Positions 63,737-64,000 of a stretch of DNA of 64,000 nucleotides are shown piece by piece (positions within the stretch are counted from its first letter, which is position 1; every line of letters begins with the position of its first letter). This DNA is from Tubulanus polymorphus (Eukaryota > Animalia > Nemertea). The DNA is taken from NCBI RefSeq assembly GCF_964204645.1, contig NC_134026.1:4859950-4923949 (forward strand). The letters run 5' to 3'. The notes under the pieces are model-generated. The model saw only the letters and a list, made by a program, of their open reading frames with translations, ran no database searches and was not told the DNA's origin. The position numbers and the translations under genes were made by a program.

Positions 63737-64000
63737 GTGAGCGCTATGTTCTATTTCACTCATATAATTTTCCGCTTCTCTAAAAACATTTCTCAAAACC
63801 CTTGTTACTGCATTAACAAATGGAATAAGTGTATACAGGTTTTTCAATAATATAATCATGGTTTAGGTCCTTATAGACTTGGTTTCTTAAATCATGTATG
63901 CGGTAAACAAGGGTAAGGCTACTGATATGACTGACAAGTCTGATGAAAATAATTGTTCATCATTACACGATCATATGCCAGAAGCCTGGATATGTTTCAT

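Overview
Eukaryotic, invertebrate-like animal genomic DNA that is more than 98% non-coding. The one confident gene is the 5' part of a + strand LAR-type (type IIa) receptor protein tyrosine phosphatase (Lar; co-orthologue of PTPRF/PTPRD/PTPRS). Its exons are a probable signal-peptide exon (coding 16734-16887), Ig1 (34707-35006) and a split Ig2 (56643-56819 + 58703-58813). All junctions are phase 1, and Ig3 onward lies beyond the window. The long introns carry at least 11 copies of one TIR (MITE) family, smaller fold-back MITEs with CAG target duplications (two nested in other repeats), tRNA-like repeats, two minisatellites and microsatellites. The most interesting signals are: (i) two frame-preserving small exon candidates (42 and 69 nt) at the position of vertebrate mini-exon B, one followed by a GCATG cluster; (ii) two minimal Penelope-type hammerhead ribozyme motifs, one in sense orientation inside a fold-back that would mask it; (iii) several well-bounded alternative or poison exon candidates. 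There is no CRISPR array or prokaryotic system, and nearly all supplied ORFs are spurious. All calls are by eye, with no searches or folding programs run.
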